Under the pieces are notes generated by a model that was not told the origin of the DNA, did no database searches, and saw only the letters and a list, made by a program, of their open reading frames with translations. The position numbers and the translations under genes were made by a program. 64,000 nucleotides of DNA from the human T2T-CHM13v2.0 reference genome, Homo sapiens: NCBI RefSeq assembly GCF_009914755.1, contig NC_060934.1. The stretch is one strand, 5' to 3'. This document shows positions 56,933 to 64,000 of this stretch, in pieces. The stretch's first letter is position 1; each line of letters opens with the position of its first letter.

Positions 56933-57352
56933 CTGTGTTCGTCTGTTTTGTGTTACTGCAAAGGAATAACTGAGCCTGCGTCATTTATGAAGAGGTTGAT
57001 TTGGCTCATGGTTCTGCAGGCTGTACGAGCACAGCACTAGCATCTGCTTGGCTTCTGGTGAGGCCTCAGGAGGCTTTTATTCTTGGCTGAAGGCAGGGGA
57101 GGGGAGCAGGCGTGTCACATGGTGAGAAAGAGAGTATGGGTGGGGGGTGGGGGGTGTGTTCCAGGCTCTTTTAAATAACTAGGTCTCACATGAACTGATA
57201 GAATGAGGACCCACTCATTACCCCCATTACTGCAAGGACAGCACCAAGCCCTTCACGAGAGATCTGCTCCCAGGACCCAGATGCCTCCCACTGGCCGCAC
57301 CCCCAACATTTCAACATGAGAGTTGGAGAGGACAGATATCCGAGCTGTATCA
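56933..57352 (-). mobile_element. MST-family MaLR LTR
   Basis: ttggctcatggttctgcaggctgtac...tggcttctggtgaggcctcagg...tttcaacatgag. Confidence 0.82.
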
Positions 57353-59934
57353 GAGTCTGAGTGCGAAGATGAGGCACAGCCCACTTCCAGGGCGAACTTG
57401 ATTCCAAAAGTGCTAGCTGTAGTTGGAAACAAAAATAAAGAAGGAGTTCTCATGGGCTGTCAGCATCAAAGGTGAAGTCAGGATTGGAGCCGCCCTCCCT
57501 GGAAATGGGTGGGTGTCTGCTTGTCTCAGCCCTGGGCGTCGGCGGGCTGTGATTAGAGGGTTAGACATACTGCACTGCTTGTTTATAACTTAAAACCCAG
57601 AAGGTACGTTTTATCTATACTTCATGCCACTCAGAAAGCAGTCACATGCTACCTGGCTATCTAGAGGTGGAAGGCAAACGCCCCAGCCATGACTTGACGT
57701 CCAACAGGCCAGCGCTGCTCTGCGGCCTGTGGGTAGGTGCTGTGGCTGCAGCTGGGCTGGAGAATTCCCATGAGGGTGGCCGAGGATGTCAGACCAGGGG
57801 GGCACTGGCTGGAGGCTGGCCTGAAGTACCCAGACGCTCAGCGTCCAGCAGATTGAGGGGTTCCTGACCACACAGCATGCTCTGTCTGCTATTCTGGAAA
57901 GTTGAGATGCCCACCACCCCAGAGGCTGGCTGAAGTCTCCATCTCTTAAGCCCCAGGTAGATTTCTCAAGTCTCAAAACATTGTAGCTGGGTAGGGGAAT
58001 GAACAGAAGCATTTTTGAATATTACTTAGTGCCAGACACTGTGCAAGTCTTTCATACATTTTAATTTAAGCTCCGTTTTAAGATGCTAAATTGGAGGGCC
58101 TCGGAGCAGTTGTGCCAAGTGGCAGAATTGATCACAGCTGACTTGTGTGAAAAGAAGTCCAAGGACACAAGCACACACGTGACAGGCACAGAGCCAGCAC
58201 AGTGCATCTTCTGTCCCTGCCCTTGGTGGCCCAAGCATCCTTCTAGGGTCCTTGCAAGCAGCAGGGCTAGGGGCAGCCCCACGAGGGCTGCCTCCCCACG
58301 GCTGGCCCTAGCACCCTCAGCAAATCCACAGGAACTCACCAAGGTCAGAGCACAGAACCTTGGCGGTGCTTCTCAGCATCTGGCCCAGTGTCAGCTTGAA
58401 CCTTCCAGCACCAGGAGGCGGAGAATCCGAACCTCCCACTGGGGGACAGGCTTACTATTCTTGGTCCAGCCCAGCAACCTGTCTGTCTACGCAGAGGGCA
58501 CCTCCTCCAGGGGACGGGTGCCGGCAAGGTCTGTGAGGACAGTCAGACACCTGAAGTTTCCTAGCAGGCGGCTGCGTGCCAGTGACCAGCCATGCGCAGG
58601 AGGGGAGGTGCGGGGGAGGAGGTTCACAGGAACAGAAGCAGCAACCCATTCCCTGGGGACAACACCAGCCACCCCCCCACCACCCCCACTGTAGTGTCCT
58701 CCTTGCCCTTCCCCCCTGCGGGCCTCCCCTGCACCCCAGCTTCTGCAAAGGTTTTCCCTCCTCACCCCTGTGGCTGGGTTCGGTTTCCTACTTGATTTGC
58801 ATCATCAACAATTTCCTGACCTTTAGCTGAGCCTCTCCAGCGAGAGCCTCCAGGCTGTGATTTGCATCTCAGCAGTCCAGCCTCCTCAGCTCTCTGAGTC
58901 AGAATGTGCCCTCCCTGGGATGCAGGGAGGCCAGGAGAAGCACCTTAGGAGACCCCAAATCTCTCTTGCCAGCACATTCACCTTCAGAGAGCCCAGCGCT
59001 TCACCCGGCCTTTCCTGACTTCCCACAGCAGTTTTGCTGCCTGGAACAAGGCCATTTCTTCAGAGGAGGTGCAGCTCCTGGGCGCTTGGCTCCCCCGACA
59101 GCACAGGACAGTTCTGGAAATAGACCTGTTGGCCTGGCTCTGTCACTCATTTACCAGAGGGCCTGAATCTTCCTCCCAAGCCTAGTTCCCATTTCCTCCT
59201 TCCAGCCTCAGTAACCTCCAGACTGGCCCTGGCACAGCTGACTCCTCCTGGGGCAGACATTGAAGCCTATGTGCTCTGTTGCTCACCCAAACCAGCACAG
59301 CGCATCCACCAGGCCCCCAGACCCAGCCGCAGCCCCAAGCCCAGAGCTGCCCACTCACCTGCCTGCCCTTCCTTGGGGGAGAACGTTGACCCCTCCTTTT
59401 TGGCTGGGTTAATACGTTTTCTAATTACTCCTGCGTCAGAGTATTTTGTAACTGCTCCTGTTCCCCAAAGCCTGATGATCTGAGACCAACCTGTAAGAAA
59501 TATGTAAATACAACTTACTGATGGAACAAACAGGGAAAGGGCTTAGGTGGGGGAAAGTCAAGTGCCTCCAAAAGCCAGAGATGAGCAGGAAAAAATGCAT
59601 TGAAAAGGAGAGAAAAAGAATCCCTGCCCAGTAATGACCTAGGATGAGAGAAGAAGCAAAGGAAAGGAATAGCAAAAATCCTTCAGCCAATTCCTAGACT
59701 TTCAGGTACACGCCAAGGAGACCAAAGCATGCTGAGCACAGCTGGGAATAATTCTGCCATGGAACAGGCCATTGATTTTGTTCTTGACCGCACGGATGTT
59801 GCCCCGTGTGTCCTTGCTGGCTATCTGCATGTCTTGCAATAATACTCAGCCACTTTTGCATCTATATTCAGGTCACCTGCGATGTGCTGTCCAGCCCAGG
59901 CTGTGTGAGGACAGCAGTGCCAGCCCCTCGTGTG

Positions 59935-61070
59935 GGGGAGGTCTGCTGTAACCACATGCTGGGCGGCTCCAACCCCAGAAACTCATTGTCTCCCAGTTCT
60001 AGAGGCGTCGGCAGGGCTGATTCCTTCAGAGGCTGTGAGGGAGAGTCTACACATGCCTCTCTCCTCCTGTCTGGGGGTTTGCTGCCATCTCTGGTGTTTC
60101 TTGGCTGATAGAAGCATCACCCTGACCTCTGCTTTCATCTTCACGTTGTGCCCTCCCAAATTTGGACACGTCCATGTCCAGATTTCCCTTTTTCATAAGG
60201 TCACCTGTCCTGTTGGAATTGGACCTGTTACTGGGAAGTGTGCAGGTCCTTGGTTCTTAGTCTTCTTAGAGGAAAGAATTCAGCCAAGAGACCAATTAGT
60301 AAAGTAGGTAAAGTAGGCTTATTAAGGAAATAAAAGTAGCATGGACTCTGGGAGAGGAGCAGGCTGACCCTGTGGAGAGCAGCCCCCAGGAGTTCTGTGT
60401 TGTGGTTTTTATATTGGACTGTTTTAAGCTCCCACCTCTGTCTTAAGCCTCTCCCTTTGTCTTTGTCTGTTTTCCCTGCTCTGTCTTAAGTCTCCACCTT
60501 TTCCCTGCCTAGTTCCTGCCCAGGTTTGTGGGGCTCTCCCTTGCTGCTAGTTGATGTGCACACGTGGGGCTCAGTGATCAGTAGGAACCTACCTAATGGC
60601 GGCATTGCTCATTACCGCCACCCCAAGAAGGTCATACAGTGGTCAAATCTGTACATACTGTGTGTGTGTATCTCTTAGGCATTCATCCCTTGCCCTGTTT
60701 CCCTCCTGATCAGCATGTAGCTAGTTACATTGTCACACGTTAGCTACAGAGGGAGCAATTACTGGGTGTCTTATGGGGTGTTTCAGGATGCTGCCTCCTG
60801 CCTAGGTATTCTCCTCCCCTCTGCTCACACCTAGCATGTGTGTTTTGGGGGGTCTCTGGGGCATAAGGTTTTCCAGAGTTTCCTCCCCCGGTCCCCCATT
60901 CCTTTTCATGTCTTACTATCTGCCCACTCTAACAGGCCCACCCTAAGAGCCACACCTTAGCTTGATCATTTGCAAAGACCCTATTTCCAGTTAAGGTCAT
61001 ATTCTAAGGTAATGGGGGTCAGGACTTCAACATAGGAATTTAGGTGGAAACGCAACTCAGCCCATAACAG
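59935..61070 (-). mobile_element. MLT1-type LTR interrupted by an ERV1 (MER4-group) solo LTR at 60226-60934
   Basis: Insert termini tgttac...ctctaaca with flanks gacc/ggcc; the MLT1 resumes with ccaccctaa...tttgcaaagaccctatttcca. Confidence 0.72.
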
Positions 61071-61105
61071 ACCGTAACTGTGCTCTTTCTGTCCTTTTGA
61101 TGTAG

Positions 61106-61259
61106 ATAAGTCCCCTGCGGCCCCAGAGACCGAAGAGCCAGGTGATGAACGTCATTGGAAGCGAAAGGCGCTTCTCGGTGTCCCCCTCGTCACCGTCCTC
61201 CCAGCAAACACCCCCTCCAGTTACACCAAGGGCCAAGCTCAGCTTCAGCATGCAGTCGA
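61106..61259 (+). CDS. DOCK1: DOCK1 coding exon 13; ISPLRPQRPKSQ...RRFSVSPSSPSSQQTPPPVTPRAKLSFSMQS
   Basis: tgtag| ... A|gtaagt; 154 nt, phase 0/1; gene continues beyond the window. Confidence 0.96.
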
Positions 61260-61684
61260 GTAAGTGGAACGCTCCCCACATACGAATCGTGCTATAGCTC
61301 CGTGACTTCCCCTCACTGAAGGCTCTGAGGTTAGAAGCGCTTCCTCCCTCCCCTTGCAGCAGAGGGTGGGAGTTTAGATAAACACCTGGCTCCCTGGGAG
61401 TGTCCCCTGGGACAGGCTGTAGAGTCTGGACTTCCGCAAATCAGGCCAAAATCCAGAGCCCAGGTCTCCAGCACTGGAGGGGCAGAAAGTGCAGGGTCTG
61501 TCCCAGGGTCCATGTGGAGGGGACCTGTGAAGCACGTGGAACCACCACACTTTCTATCCCAGGACGCAGAGCTGCAGGAGGCCGTGGGCCTGCTTGTGTC
61601 TAGGACTGTGCACTGGAGAAGCACCTTCAGGCAGTTGGCAACAGCTAAGGGGCACAGCTTATTTTTCTAGTTTTGACCAATGTT

Positions 61685-62117
61685 TAAATTACCCTAGAAG
61701 TTCCCACAAAACTGGTGGCTCCAAACAGCAGAAATTTGTTCTCTGAAGGTTTTGGAGGCCAAAACTCTGAAATCAAGGAGGTGGCAAGTTGGTTCCCTCT
61801 GGTGGCTCCAAGGGAGAGCCTGTCCCGGGCCTCCCTCCAGCTTCTGGTGGCTCCCAGCAGTCCCTAGCCCTCCTTGGCTTGTGGCCACATCACTCCCCTC
61901 TCTGCCCCTGTCTCCACGTGGCCTCCTTCTCGGTGTCCTCTCTTCTTACAAGGACATCAGTCATTGGATATAGGGTCCACTGCAAATCCAGGATGATCTC
62001 ACCTTGAGATCCTTCACTAATTACATCTGCAAAGACCCTACATCCAAATAAGGTACATTCTGAGGTTCTGGGTGGCCCTAAGAGGTCTACATTTTGGAGA
62101 GACTCTACTCAACTTAC
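61685..62117 (-). mobile_element. MLT1-family LTR
   Basis: aaactggtggct...aacagcagaaatttgttctct...ttacatctgcaaagacccta. Confidence 0.78.
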
Positions 62118-62544
62118 TCTAAGTGGCAGACAGCTTTTCACCACTAGATTCAGAGCCAGCAGAGAGGAGAAATCTTGGCAGGGAGAAGGTGCTGAGGATG
62201 GGGACGGCAGCAGAACCGGGGAGCCCACTCTCCTTCCTGTGGCACAGAGAGGGGTCCCAGGCAGGAGAGCTCTGTGCCCTGTGGCGAGGGCTGTGCAAGG
62301 CAGTGAGTGATTGTCCTCTGCTCCTGATTTTCCTCTTGCTGAAAGGGGAGCAGTCATGATTCTGGAGACTGTCAGTGGGTGGGGAGGCTGGCTGCAGGAG
62401 TGGATGCGTGAGTCTAATTGAGTAGGCAAAGAGCTTTCTGGGCACTGGATATGTCTTTGGAGGGTGCATCTTCACATCCTTGCACTATTACTACATGATC
62501 TTTCTAAAAATGTGTTTAAAATCTATTTTAATATTGAAAACAGA

Positions 62545-63470
<926 letters not shown>

Positions 63471-64000
63471 GCAAAGAAGTAGGCAGCAATCATGAGGACA
63501 GTCACTCACCGAAGCCTTCGTATTTCCCTCAGCCCCATGGCAGAGCTTCCTTATAAGCTTACAGTGTGGCCTTCCTAGCATGCATTTTCCTAATAAAGGA
63601 TTTTTCATCAGATGAATCCTAGGGGAAAACTCCAAAAGAGACTCATCAGTAAAAATGTCCATTTTTCTCTCTTTAATATAAAAGAAAACAAATTATTTTT
63701 AAGAGTCTCAACAAGGTTTGAGAAAATATCCTGCCTTAATGATTATTCCTCCGTTTGAAAACGGCTATTTTTTCCAGTTTACTTTAAAAATCAATTGTAC
63801 TTCCCCTTGGCTTATTTAAAGCAACAGCCACAGTGACTGCTATGGCTAATGACTTCATGTCATACGACTGTGGATTTTCCTGTGGAAAGAGATGGGAAGC
63901 TGGGTGGCTGGTCGGCGTGTTAGACTTTGCTTAGTGAATCTCTCCAGGTGATAACTGCAAGGGTGACTGCAGGGGCCTGGCTGGGCTTCGAAAGCAGTAG

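Overview
This window is primate, almost certainly human, genomic DNA covering the 3' part of DOCK1 (DOCK180, a Rac GEF) on the + strand. Thirteen GT-AG-bounded coding exons (978-61259) splice into one open frame of 1606 nt (535 codons + 1 nt). From my recollection of the canonical 1865-aa protein, this is about residues 1249-1783, probably exons ~38-50. It encodes most of the DHR-2 GEF domain, a Ser-rich linker and the polybasic region; the start and stop codons lie outside the window. One intron (25927-26060) is a clear U12-type (minor spliceosome) GT-AG intron. The introns hold the usual Alu, L1, MIR/L2, MaLR/ERV1 LTR and hAT-Charlie elements, several of them nested, plus three minisatellites with internal higher-order structure. 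Almost all ORFs in the supplied track are intronic or repeat artefacts. I found no evidence of a new multi-gene system. The best leads are splicing- and RNA-level features and the structured VNTRs. Repeat subfamily names and repeat boundaries are by eye and approximate.
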